This document shows positions 15,042 through 23,706 of a stretch of DNA of 25,714 bases, piece by piece; the first letter of the stretch is position 1, and every line of letters starts with the position of its first letter. The position numbers and the translations under genes were made by a program. The notes under the pieces are model-generated. The model searched no databases, had not been told where the DNA came from, and saw nothing but the letters and a program-made list of their open reading frames with translations. The DNA comes from a virus (lineage: Duplodnaviria; Caudoviricetes): positions 1 to 25,714 of IMG/VR virus record IMGVR_UViG_3300005512_000295; one strand, written 5' to 3'.

Positions 15042-15070
15042 ATATTACTACATTTAGTATGTAGTGTCAA
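15042..15070 (-). promoter_or_regulatory. sigma70-type promoter for the candidate sRNA
   Basis: TTGACA 15070-15065, 17-bp spacer, TAATAT 15047-15042; the spacer is the inverted repeat CTACAT-N5-ATGTAG. Confidence 0.6.
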
Positions 15071-15950
15071 CAGGTTTTACTAATTTTTTTACGTCTTTAA
15101 ATGAAATTCTTTTACGGTATTTTCCAATCTTCATCATCGACTTGAATGACGTTAGATAGAAATCATTGGTCTCTCTTCTCCAGTGAAGAATTGCCTTATT
15201 CGTTTCCTCAACATTCAATTCAACAGGGGAATAGAACAACACATAGTTTCGACTCGTGTTTTTCAGATACTTATCACGATCAAATGATTCAACGTCAACT
15301 GAGATTGCAATATTTTCACTTTTAGTTGAGTCAATTCCAATCAAAACATAGTTGCCATGATCAACATTGAATTCTAAGTTAACCTCGTCATTAACAAACT
15401 TGAATGGTTTGATCTGTTTACCATTAACATAAATCTTTGGGTTGACTTTTTCTGGTACAAAGTATGCCACACCCACAGGTACTGTTGTGTCCTCGAAAAG
15501 AGTGTAGTCTAACTTATCCCATGCAAATAATCTATCTTGAAATAATTTAGTGCCAAAAAATGTAGATGGAATAATTGCCGCAACATAATCACAATTGTCC
15601 AACATCAATTTTAAACAATCTAAGTACATATCTTCGTACTTAAAGTTATATGGCATTTTCATTCTTTTTGCAGAGTTCTTTGCAAAGTATGGAGGATTAG
15701 TAATCGCAGTCGAAAATCCCTCCGGAAAATCTTCAATTGTGTTTCGTTGTACAACTAAAGGATGTTTTGGTTCTAAATCAAATCCTTTCCAATCACCATC
15801 AATGTAATTGAACAAATATCCTGCACCCGCAAAAGGTTCTAATATCTGATCTTTCTTTGGTCTCAATGCATTCCACTCATCGAACGCATCTCCAACAAAG
15901 GGATTTGTTGTTGTGTAGTATTGCCCATGTTGTCTTTTTGAATCAACCAA
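15054..15950 (-). CDS. Amino-DNA methyltransferase (gamma class, probably N6-adenine)
   Basis: GQYYT, ILEPFAGAG (motif I) preceding ITNPPY (motif IV); likely TTG start at 15950 after GAGG. Confidence 0.88.
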   Translation of the reverse strand: MVDSKRQHGQYYTTTNPFVGDAFDEWNALRPKKDQILEPFAGAGYLFNYIDGDWKGFDLEPKHPLVVQRNTIEDFPEGFSTAITNPPYFAKNSAKRMKMPYNFKYEDMYLDCLKLMLDNCDYVAAIIPSTFFGTKLFQDRLFAWDKLDYTLFEDTTVPVGVAYFVPEKVNPKIYVNGKQIKPFKFVNDEVNLEFNVDHGNYVLIGIDSTKSENIAISVDVESFDRDKYLKNTSRNYVLFYSPVELNVEETNKAILHWRRETNDFYLTSFKSMMKIGKYRKRISFKDVKKLVKPVDTTY

Positions 15951-16599
15951 CGGATAACCTCTTTTGCAATTCAATATGATTCACGATCCAAATGCGATCA
16001 CTATCATAATCTTTTATTGTGGTGTAATCTTCGCCATCAATTAAGACCACATAATGATCCACTGTGCTATCTTTTTGTGCCCACTCAATAAATTCAAGTG
16101 CTTCACGTTTTACATTATCTTGGTGTCCACCCACACCCACAACTACTTTTGCAAAGACATAAGCAAAGCAGTAATCTCCTCGCCAAATCAAAGCATCCAA
16201 TGATTTGAGATACTCTTCTTCGTTGTCTTTCACTTTAACGTTTTCAGCAATGCCGCCACCGCGAATCGGTCTTGCTGCCTTTGGAGATAAAGATTCTACT
16301 TGATAACCAAATTGCTTGACGTAATCACCAATACCTTTTAAAACATAATCTTCGTCTTTAGAACCTTGTCTTGATGCTTGAATCGATAACATTGAAGCAA
16401 TTGCACGAGCATACAATGGATTTTTAGAACACTCTTTTGATAATGTTTCACGTGTAAGATTTTCTTTTGCAAGGTATCTTTCCAATGCCTTAACATTAAT
16501 GCCGCCCAAACCTTTGGCATCTAAAAGGTTCAATCTACACAAGTCGTCGTTAGTTTCTTGTCGCATCTCTCGGATGCGTTTTGGATCAAATTTAAACAT
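15943..16599 (-). CDS. Putative type II restriction endonuclease
   Basis: E...KSLD...FAK...GGHQDN arrangement; overlaps the MTase start. Confidence 0.55.
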   Translation of the reverse strand: MFKFDPKRIREMRQETNDDLCRLNLLDAKGLGGINVKALERYLAKENLTRETLSKECSKNPLYARAIASMLSIQASRQGSKDEDYVLKGIGDYVKQFGYQVESLSPKAARPIRGGGIAENVKVKDNEEEYLKSLDALIWRGDYCFAYVFAKVVVGVGGHQDNVKREALEFIEWAQKDSTVDHYVVLIDGEDYTTIKDYDSDRIWIVNHIELQKRLSVG

Positions 16600-16608
16600 A
16601 GTAATATT

Positions 16609-17049
16609 TTACACCTGTTCTACTACTTCTGTCAACCATTTTTGAAAAAGTTTTTCTTCCATCCGATGTGCTTGGCGTTCCCATGGTTGCTTACTGTATG
16701 GCGTATCAGTGTAGTCTTTCTTTTTCCACATCATTTTACCATCTGCGCGTTGTTGTGCGATTCCCGAAGAATACTGCCAAACATGAACCATTTCATGAAT
16801 GATAGTTTTGATCTGATCTTCTTTACCTTTGAAAAACTCTGCTTCCTTCTTATGGATATCGACGCGAAAATTTCGTTTGTCAACTTGCTCACACCAACCG
16901 TAAGCACCTTCTTTTAATGTGTCTCGTAGACACACTTCAATTTCTAAGGTGCGATACCTTGGCATTAATTCCTTGATGCACCATTTGACAATCCCTTCAA
17001 CCAACTTTCGCTGTTTCTTAGTTCCTCCTGTGACCAAGACAAAATTCAT
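16609..17049 (-). CDS. SprT-like zinc metalloprotease
   Basis: HEMVH (HExxH) with downstream PWERQA. Confidence 0.75.
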   Translation of the reverse strand: MNFVLVTGGTKKQRKLVEGIVKWCIKELMPRYRTLEIEVCLRDTLKEGAYGWCEQVDKRNFRVDIHKKEAEFFKGKEDQIKTIIHEMVHVWQYSSGIAQQRADGKMMWKKKDYTDTPYSKQPWERQAHRMEEKLFQKWLTEVVEQV

Positions 17050-17267
17050 TAGTCATTTTCCTTGTAAAGAAAGTATCCAATCGCAGGCAGTCTTGGAGTG
17101 AAGTAGTCATCACGTAAGTCTTGCTCCATGATCTTAGTCGTGTTTCCGTTGTCCCACTCAATGTCAACTTCTGCACCTTGTGGAGTCACTTTGTACTTCA
17201 CGACCTCACCGTACCATTCTGGAATTATTGCTCCGAACAATCCGCGAACTTCATCACCTACTTGCAT
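17049..17267 (-). CDS. Small hypothetical protein (SH3-like beta pattern)
   Basis: MQVGDEV...GEVV...IEWDNG; TAATG overlaps with neighbours. Confidence 0.65.
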   Translation of the reverse strand: MQVGDEVRGLFGAIIPEWYGEVVKYKVTPQGAEVDIEWDNGNTTKIMEQDLRDDYFTPRLPAIGYFLYKEND

Positions 17268-17434
17268 TATCGTACTACCTTTGCAACTGCTAACAACTCA
17301 CCTTTGACTTCATCACACAACCGTGCGATTCTGATACCTTTCTTCATTGCTTCACGCTTGCATGTCGCAAAAACGCGGAAGGTCTCATTGAAACGAATCT
17401 CTTTTGCATTTACTGTCACATCAAATAAGGTCAT
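17267..17434 (-). CDS. Small early hypothetical protein
   Basis: Likely start ATG 17434 after the GAGAGAGAG leader. Confidence 0.6.
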   Translation of the reverse strand: MTLFDVTVNAKEIRFNETFRVFATCKREAMKKGIRIARLCDEVKGELLAVAKVVR

Positions 17435-17465
17435 AATTTCTTTCTCTCTCTCAATCAACAAGTAC

Positions 17466-17536
17466 ATAATAACACAAAGGGGGTGCAATGCAACCCCCTT
17501 TTCATAATTTAATCTCCCTTAGTTATCAAGTAGTTA
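17466..17536 (-). promoter_or_regulatory. Early promoter with upstream IHF box
   Basis: TTGCAT 17493-17488, 16-bp spacer, extended TGn-TATTAT; TATCAA-GTAG-TTA at 17524-17536. Confidence 0.6.
17476..17501. terminator. Terminator-like hairpin overlapping the -35 box
   Basis: AAAGGGGGT-N8-ACCCCCTTT. Confidence 0.65.
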
Positions 17537-17630
17537 CTGACTTTTCCTCAACTTGTTTCTCAAGTTCCGCAACTCGACGTTGCAGTTTGCGAACCATTTC
17601 TCGTAATGTATAAAAGTCTCTATCACTCAA
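17526..17630 (-). CDS. 34-aa coiled-coil peptide
   Basis: Manual translation from TTG: MSDRDFYTLREMVRKLQRRVAELEKQVEEKSVTT; AAGGAG SD. Confidence 0.5.
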   Translation of the reverse strand: MSDRDFYTLREMVRKLQRRVAELEKQVEEKSVTT

Positions 17631-17692
17631 TGTTAAGGTCTCCTTTATTGTTTTAATTTATACCATAATAAACATCTCACCATCTTAGCAGA

Positions 17693-19111
17693 TTACATTT
17701 TGAATCTGCTAAAATCCTTACGCCCTGCTTTGCGTGTCGTCCACTGCATTGCATCGTCTTCGTTTGCTCGTTTACCAAATGTGCTTTGATCAAAGATTGG
17801 TTTATCGTCATCCATCACATCATCTTGTGCTGTCTGCTCACAGTCGAATAGTCGCATCTTCGCACGATCAACTCCAACTACGAACCGCTTTGGATTTGTA
17901 TCTGAATAACGATTCTTCAACTGTTTCACCATTATCTGCCCCAAGTCTTCTAACTCTTCAGAACTGACCAAACCGATCATCATGTCTGCGGTTGCTGGGA
18001 GACCGAACGACTCACTTGTGTCGGTCAACTCGACATCTGAGTTACCGTAACCGCCTCGTGTTGTCTGTGTAGCAGACACCAACGGCACATTGAACTCCAC
18101 TGCCAATCCACGCAACTCTTCTGCGATTGCTTTGATGAGAGTGTAAGAGTTGACTTGTGCTCCTGCTTTGACTCGTGATGAAGCACAGATGTTGAGATAA
18201 TCGATGTAGATAATATCTGGCACAAACGACCGCTTCAATCGCAACTCGTTGAGCAGATGTCGAAAGTGACCAGAACCCGCACTGGCAGTAGGATACTCTT
18301 TGACAATAAGTTTACCACTTGTCTTACCCCTTACCCTTTCAATCTTCTTGTCATACATGTCCTTAGAGAGTGCCTCAAGGTCATCCAGAGTGACGTTCAG
18401 CAAGTTAGCATCGATTCTTTGGGCGATGCGCTCCTCTGCCATTTCCATGGTAATATACAAAACATTCTTACCATTCAACAAGTTAGCAGATGCCATGTGA
18501 CACATCGCGAGCGATTTACCGACACCAGTACCTGCAAGGATGATGTTCAATGACTTCTTAGGCAATCCACCCTTTGTAATCTTATTTAGGTATTCAAGGT
18601 CAAATGGGACTCGTTCCTCGACACGATGGTAAAAATCATAACGAGAATCTGCATCGTCAAGAAAGTCGTGTCCGATGTTAGGATCAAATGACACCGATAA
18701 TGCATCCGACAACAACTCAGGGATTGCTCCCTTGTCGTTCTTCTTGTCGTTGCCATCAAGGATTGCAATCGAGTTCATGATTGCATTGTAGATTGCTTTT
18801 TCTTGACACCACTTCTCAGTCGTGTCTGTCAACCATTGCTTATCTACATCCTCACCATCAAGTGATGAGATAAGAGATGAGGAACTGCTGAACTCTTCAT
18901 CAGACAGATCATCACGACTGTCGATCTCAAGTGTCAATGCTTCTTTGGTAGGAAGACTGTTATACTTATTGATGAACTTATCGATCTCTTGGTATACAGT
19001 TTTCTCTAATCGGTCATGGAAATACTCAGACTTCAGATAGGGGAGGGTACGTCTCGCAAAGTCCTCATCATTCAGCAGATGCCTCAGTATCACCAGTTCC
19101 GTCTTTGCCAT
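17693..19111 (-). CDS. 41: Replicative DNA helicase (T4 gp41)
   Basis: AGTGVGKS Walker A, YITMEMAEE, IYIDYLNI and SESFGLPATAD. Confidence 0.97.
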   Translation of the reverse strand: MAKTELVILRHLLNDEDFARRTLPYLKSEYFHDRLEKTVYQEIDKFINKYNSLPTKEALTLEIDSRDDLSDEEFSSSSSLISSLDGEDVDKQWLTDTTEKWCQEKAIYNAIMNSIAILDGNDKKNDKGAIPELLSDALSVSFDPNIGHDFLDDADSRYDFYHRVEERVPFDLEYLNKITKGGLPKKSLNIILAGTGVGKSLAMCHMASANLLNGKNVLYITMEMAEERIAQRIDANLLNVTLDDLEALSKDMYDKKIERVRGKTSGKLIVKEYPTASAGSGHFRHLLNELRLKRSFVPDIIYIDYLNICASSRVKAGAQVNSYTLIKAIAEELRGLAVEFNVPLVSATQTTRGGYGNSDVELTDTSESFGLPATADMMIGLVSSEELEDLGQIMVKQLKNRYSDTNPKRFVVGVDRAKMRLFDCEQTAQDDVMDDDKPIFDQSTFGKRANEDDAMQWTTRKAGRKDFSRFKM

Positions 19112-19382
19112 CGTTCATTTGCTCCATTTGTTCTTCGATTACAGATGTTAGAATATCCCCTATTGTACTCTCAAACTCATCGGTTGTCAAGTCGAGTTCA
19201 TTGGGGTTGTCCAATGTAATCGTGTTAAATGATAGAACAACATCGCCTTCCTCTTCGTTAATTGATACCGTGTCGTACTGATATACTACACCTTCGTAAT
19301 CACCTTCTTCAATTACAACTGCCCAGTGATTCTCGTGAAAAGAGTTATCATGTTCAATCAGACTGTGTTTGACTGGCATCAT
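19068..19382 (-). CDS. gp40-like head vertex assembly chaperone
   Basis: Acidic ~100-aa ORF between uvsX and 41, as in T4; YEGVVYQY...IGDIL. Confidence 0.6.
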   Translation of the reverse strand: MMPVKHSLIEHDNSFHENHWAVVIEEGDYEGVVYQYDTVSINEEEGDVVLSFNTITLDNPNELDLTTDEFESTIGDILTSVIEEQMEQMNDGKDGTGDTEASAE

Positions 19383-20412
19383 CTGCTTCCTCTACTACTT
19401 CGTTAACACCCACTTGCCCATACATGAACTCTTTACTTGCGGCAACTTCAAGTTGTGCCATGATGTCATCCGTAAAGTATTCTTCTGGATTCTCGTTGAT
19501 TACCTTACCAAACACTTTTCGTCCATCTGGCAACTCATAACGTGTAGACACTTTCTTTATAATGTCATACTTCTCTGCCAAATCAAGAAGACCGTAATAA
19601 CGATCAAGACCACTATCATAAGACAGTTTGACGAATACGTCTTTTTGTTCTTTTGTGAATCGAGATTTATGCATGCGGACTTTAATGATATTACCGATGA
19701 CATCTGTTCCATCTTTGTCTTTCTTCTTTGTAAGCATACAGATAGACGATGCTGCATACTTGAGACCTGATCCACCAGAAATTTCTTTAGTTGGGACATA
19801 AGCACCTACTACATCATAAACGTGGTTAGTGACAAGCATAGGCACATTTGCCTTTGCCAACTTGAGAGATAGAACTCGGAACGTACCACGCAACAACTGT
19901 GCTTTTGTCATATCACGTGCATTCTTACCGGAAGCAGTATCTTCTAGTTCCTTCTCACTTGATAGCATGCCTAAAGAATCGAGAACCATCATCATTGGTG
20001 GTTTGTCATCACCTTCAATATAAGAGTCTAGCATACGCACTGCTTGTGTGCGGAACTCCTCGATAGATTGTGGTTCAACGATTGCTACTCGTTTAGCATC
20101 GATACCACGATCAGTCATCATCTTCTTGGTGACTGCTGCTTCGGTGTCAAAGTAAATGACACCACCTTCTGGATTCTGTTCAAGGAATGTCTTGAGCACT
20201 CCAAGAACAAAGAAAGTCTTACCAGTGGCAGACTCACCTGCGAATGCGGTAATCTTGTTGTTGGGTACACCACCGTACAGTGATCCACTCAACACAGCAT
20301 TCATAATGTACGAACCAGTGTCGATAGAACCAGAATACTCTGAACTATTACCACCTTCTTCAAGGATGTTTGCGTTGTCAAACCCCTTGACCAAATCATT
20401 CAAAAAATTCAC
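19354..20412 (-). CDS. uvsX: RecA-like recombinase UvsX
   Basis: AGESATGKT, YFDTE, LDSLGML and GGSGLKYAAS. Confidence 0.96.
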   Translation of the reverse strand: MNFLNDLVKGFDNANILEEGGNSSEYSGSIDTGSYIMNAVLSGSLYGGVPNNKITAFAGESATGKTFFVLGVLKTFLEQNPEGGVIYFDTEAAVTKKMMTDRGIDAKRVAIVEPQSIEEFRTQAVRMLDSYIEGDDKPPMMMVLDSLGMLSSEKELEDTASGKNARDMTKAQLLRGTFRVLSLKLAKANVPMLVTNHVYDVVGAYVPTKEISGGSGLKYAASSICMLTKKKDKDGTDVIGNIIKVRMHKSRFTKEQKDVFVKLSYDSGLDRYYGLLDLAEKYDIIKKVSTRYELPDGRKVFGKVINENPEEYFTDDIMAQLEVAASKEFMYGQVGVNEVVEEADDASQTQSD

Positions 20413-20693
20413 GATGTGTATACCTCATCCATCTTATCACGAAACATTTCAATCTTAGCAAGACGATCTTTGCCGTTCCACCGAATGTAATCTTTATCAG
20501 GGTTTGCCGCTAGGTTGTTAAGTAGCGGTAGAACCATGTTGTATAAAGTATCGCATTTTTCTTTGTATTTGTCAACCTGCATTGACAGCAATGCCGCCTC
20601 AGATGCAGTTGATTGCGCTGAAGATTTTACTTGTTGGACAATCTCCAGTTCGTCCTCGTCCACCATCGTGAACCCAAAATCGAAATCAGACAT
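20409..20693 (-). CDS. Conserved T4-like hypothetical protein
   Basis: MSDFDFGFT...PLLNNLAANPDKDYIRW; GGAG SD. Confidence 0.75.
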   Translation of the reverse strand: MSDFDFGFTMVDEDELEIVQQVKSSAQSTASEAALLSMQVDKYKEKCDTLYNMVLPLLNNLAANPDKDYIRWNGKDRLAKIEMFRDKMDEVYTS

Positions 20694-20901
20694 TCTTTAC
20701 TCCAAACTTGATGTGTTTGTACCACAGTCGTTCGTGTGCATAGTATAAAACAAACTTAATGATCAAGTCTGCAACGAACACTGCACCTACTGCCTTTGGG
20801 GGCAACCCAAAGAACCATGCTATGAAGGCAGTAGTGATCGATGCGATGATTCGCCATGTCACTGCCTTTGCCAAATGCCTACTCTTAGTAACTTCAGTCA
20901 T
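20686..20901 (-). CDS. DUF2061-like small membrane protein
   Basis: RHLAKAVTWR...LYYAHERLW. Confidence 0.8.
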   Translation of the reverse strand: MTEVTKSRHLAKAVTWRIIASITTAFIAWFFGLPPKAVGAVFVADLIIKFVLYYAHERLWYKHIKFGVKNV

Positions 20902-22004
20902 CCAAAGAAACTCTCTAGTGTTGCTCTCTTTTCACTTTGCCATCCAATCGCATTGAGAATTGCGCTGATAGGTTCAAGGAATGCTTTATCAAACTGTGTA
21001 TCGTAGTCGATGTAATCAGTTAATCCGAACTCTTTCGGTAGGGAAGACATAATGCTAAGAACATTTTGCCGAACAGGATTTGGAGTTCTGAGATAACAGA
21101 ACTTGACTTTCTCACCGTCTTTGATTGACTCATAACGCTTCTCCAACTTATGTTGTTTCAGTAGATGATTATACAGTAGACTGCCTCTCACATGAATCGG
21201 AGTGCTTTTCATGAACTCCAACTCTTTACCATTGGTTTGATATTTAGTTAGATCAGTCACTCCACGAGGGAATGCAACATCCTCAAAGGGAAGTTTCTTG
21301 AACTCATCACGAAAGTCTGCGATGTACTTCTGCACTGTCGTCTCGTCCGAACTCATGATCAACTTGACTGCTGACTTGAGTGCCTCACGACAAGACGCAG
21401 GTGTCGATGATTTGACAATCTCCAATCCCATCACTTTGAGTTTAGGTTCAGAGTATCGTACACCCTCGTTGTCATACACATTGAGTGCGTACCGTTTCTT
21501 CGCAGTCCAGATGCCTTTATCAGCGATTGCTTCTCGCTTCATGAACATCTTCTGCTCATAGGCATTCATCAGATCAGCAAGGTTTTGATAACTCTGATCA
21601 ATAAAAGGTTCAATCTTCTTTTGAGCAACATCGTCCAAGAACTTGACCACCCTGTCAGTATCAAGGTCTTGTACTCCATCTCCCTTCGCAAACACTTGCT
21701 CAACCAATCGGTCAAAAGTGATGTACAGCGAATCTGTATCTGAAGCAATGACATAATCTTCATCCTCTGTCTTCAGCAGTTTGTTGAGGTATTCATTTAT
21801 TCGTGCTTCGATCCACCGAATGGACAACTGCCCACTCAGCGTAATCGACTCTGCCATACGCACATCAAAGAAACGAAAGTATTGATTACCCAATGCACCA
21901 TACGCAGAGTTCAACTGAACCTTCTTCGCAAGTTGAAGGTTCTTATACTTACTTATGTCTTTCTCTAACTGCTTCTTGCGTTGGAGGAGTTCTTGTTTTG
22001 TCAA
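20898..22004 (-). CDS. 43B: DNA polymerase B, C-terminal subunit (gp43B)
   Basis: KVQLNSAYG (motif B), SDTDS (motif C), KKRYA and clamp-binding tail LESFFG; TTG start. Confidence 0.95.
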   Translation of the reverse strand: MTKQELLQRKKQLEKDISKYKNLQLAKKVQLNSAYGALGNQYFRFFDVRMAESITLSGQLSIRWIEARINEYLNKLLKTEDEDYVIASDTDSLYITFDRLVEQVFAKGDGVQDLDTDRVVKFLDDVAQKKIEPFIDQSYQNLADLMNAYEQKMFMKREAIADKGIWTAKKRYALNVYDNEGVRYSEPKLKVMGLEIVKSSTPASCREALKSAVKLIMSSDETTVQKYIADFRDEFKKLPFEDVAFPRGVTDLTKYQTNGKELEFMKSTPIHVRGSLLYNHLLKQHKLEKRYESIKDGEKVKFCYLRTPNPVRQNVLSIMSSLPKEFGLTDYIDYDTQFDKAFLEPISAILNAIGWQSEKRATLESFFG

Positions 22005-22267
22005 ATGACAATACCTGATGTTGCTTGGCGGTATGCCCTTTCAATGTCTTCATTCACTGGTGTGACAAACACATAAGATGCAAATGTTACTTCGTCTGGA
22101 TTAGACTTACCAGTTACACAAATGCCTTGTGCGAAACCCATGCCTGTTTCGTTTTGTACAAGCATGCGCGGATCAGTTAAAGTGATCGAACCGCCACCAC
22201 TTGTTTCAAACTTACCGACGAACTCACCTGCCAACGATACGACAGATACTACATCACCTTTCTTCAT
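22001..22267 (-). CDS. Small protein with probable Sm/LSm-like fold
   Basis: VVSVVSLAGEFVGKF...ITLTDPR beta pattern and C-terminal YRQATSGIVI; 4-nt overlaps with both polymerase halves. Confidence 0.65.
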   Translation of the reverse strand: MKKGDVVSVVSLAGEFVGKFETSGGGSITLTDPRMLVQNETGMGFAQGICVTGKSNPDEVTFASYVFVTPVNEDIERAYRQATSGIVI

Positions 22268-23706
22268 GCCAACTCCTTCAGTTGTTTGTTTACTTCTTCA
22301 AGTTCTTTCTGTGCTTCAATCATTTTTTGTTTGTAAAGCACTCGTTCATTATACATCAATTCCATCATCTCTGGCAAGAACCCTTGAATATCTTTTCGAT
22401 AATAGAATCCATTCGCAGTCAGACACATCTCTTGCGGTGCTTTAATCTCACCGTCGATGATTTTGTCTAGCGATACATCTTGATACTCGCCCTCGGCAAA
22501 TGTGTCTGGACTGATGTTGTACTGCATAATCAAGTGTGGGTACAGCGAGTTCAAATCGAAACTCATCACCCATTTATGCAACCCTGTCTGAGGGTCTTTG
22601 ACATACGCACCCTCGTACTTAGAATCCTTTCCTTGGAAATCCTTGGGAGGAATCACAATCTTCCGTTCAAGCAGATAGTTGTGAATCAGTGTGTCCCACA
22701 TGCGTACCTGCGTGAAGACATCACCGTAGTTCACCTTTGCATCATAAGCAATCGTGAGTGCTTGCTCGATGAGACGCATCTTGTCTTCAAGTTTGTCCAC
22801 CAACTCAACATCTTTGATGTTATAGGCAATGAACTTTTGGTAGTCCAGTTTGTGTAACTGATGGAGTGTCTCCATCTCAGAGTAGTCAAGTTTCTTCTCG
22901 CCCAACTCGACGAAAGCAATGTGGTCTAATCTAAAAGACTCTTGTTGTGAGTAGGTGAACTTCTTGTAGAGTTGCAGGTAGTCAAGAACTGCCAAACCGA
23001 CGAGTGTATACTCCTTTGTCTCTTTACCAAAGTTGCCCTTAAAGGTGCGCTCTTGAATCCACTTCGCAGGACTCAATCGTCGTGCCTCTTTATCTCCAAT
23101 GAGTTTTGTGATACGATTAATCAAGTAGGGTATATCGAATCCATCCACGTTCCAACCTGTAATGATGTCTGCGTCAGTGCGTTCCCAAAAATCGAGGAAG
23201 ACATCAAGCAGTCGTCGCTCACCTTTGCAGTCGATGTAAGAGACATTATCTTGTCCCTTTTTATCGTATTCACCCACTCCAAAGACATAATAGTGTCCAT
23301 TGACTGACATCGTAATTGCAGTCACTGGTTGGTTCGCGAGTTCTGGATCAGGAAAACCTTCTTCACTACCAACCTCGATATCGATGTTTGCAACCTTCAC
23401 TACATCTGGATCAAAGTCCTTGCCGTAGTGTTCGTTGAGACATGCGTATGCCCAGTTGGTTGTGCCGTAGATTTTAAAGTTGTCCACATCCTCGTAGCGA
23501 GACACAAAGTCTCGTGCTTCCTTGATGCTTCCCAACTCCATCGGTTCAACAGGTTCCCCAAGCACCGTCTGCCACTCAGTTGATCTGCGTGACGGTACAT
23601 AGAGTGTTGGTGAATAATCAATACGATCAACCACGCGACGACCATTGTCGTAACCGCGAATGAAGACTGTATCGCCTTTAGAATAAAAGTTTGTGTAAAA
23701 TCTCAT
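22264..23706 (-). CDS. 43A: DNA polymerase B, N-terminal subunit (gp43A: exonuclease plus motif A)
   Basis: DIE (ExoI), GWNVDGFDIPY (ExoII), YNIKD (ExoIII) and FDLNSLYP (motif A). Confidence 0.95.
   Translation of the reverse strand: MRFYTNFYSKGDTVFIRGYDNGRRVVDRIDYSPTLYVPSRRSTEWQTVLGEPVEPMELGSIKEARDFVSRYEDVDNFKIYGTTNWAYACLNEHYGKDFDPDVVKVANIDIEVGSEEGFPDPELANQPVTAITMSVNGHYYVFGVGEYDKKGQDNVSYIDCKGERRLLDVFLDFWERTDADIITGWNVDGFDIPYLINRITKLIGDKEARRLSPAKWIQERTFKGNFGKETKEYTLVGLAVLDYLQLYKKFTYSQQESFRLDHIAFVELGEKKLDYSEMETLHQLHKLDYQKFIAYNIKDVELVDKLEDKMRLIEQALTIAYDAKVNYGDVFTQVRMWDTLIHNYLLERKIVIPPKDFQGKDSKYEGAYVKDPQTGLHKWVMSFDLNSLYPHLIMQYNISPDTFAEGEYQDVSLDKIIDGEIKAPQEMCLTANGFYYRKDIQGFLPEMMELMYNERVLYKQKMIEAQKELEEVNKQLKELA

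Noticed and set aside
14870-15070. 66-aa minus-strand ORF
   Set aside because: It starts at the TTG of a -35 box, has no SD, and runs through the structured RNA and the next promoter.
22001-22267. Intron, intein or gene-60-style ribosomal hop joining the polymerase halves
   Set aside because: No group I core or intein motifs and no matched take-off/landing codon. The insert is a clean ORF with coupled start/stop overlaps.
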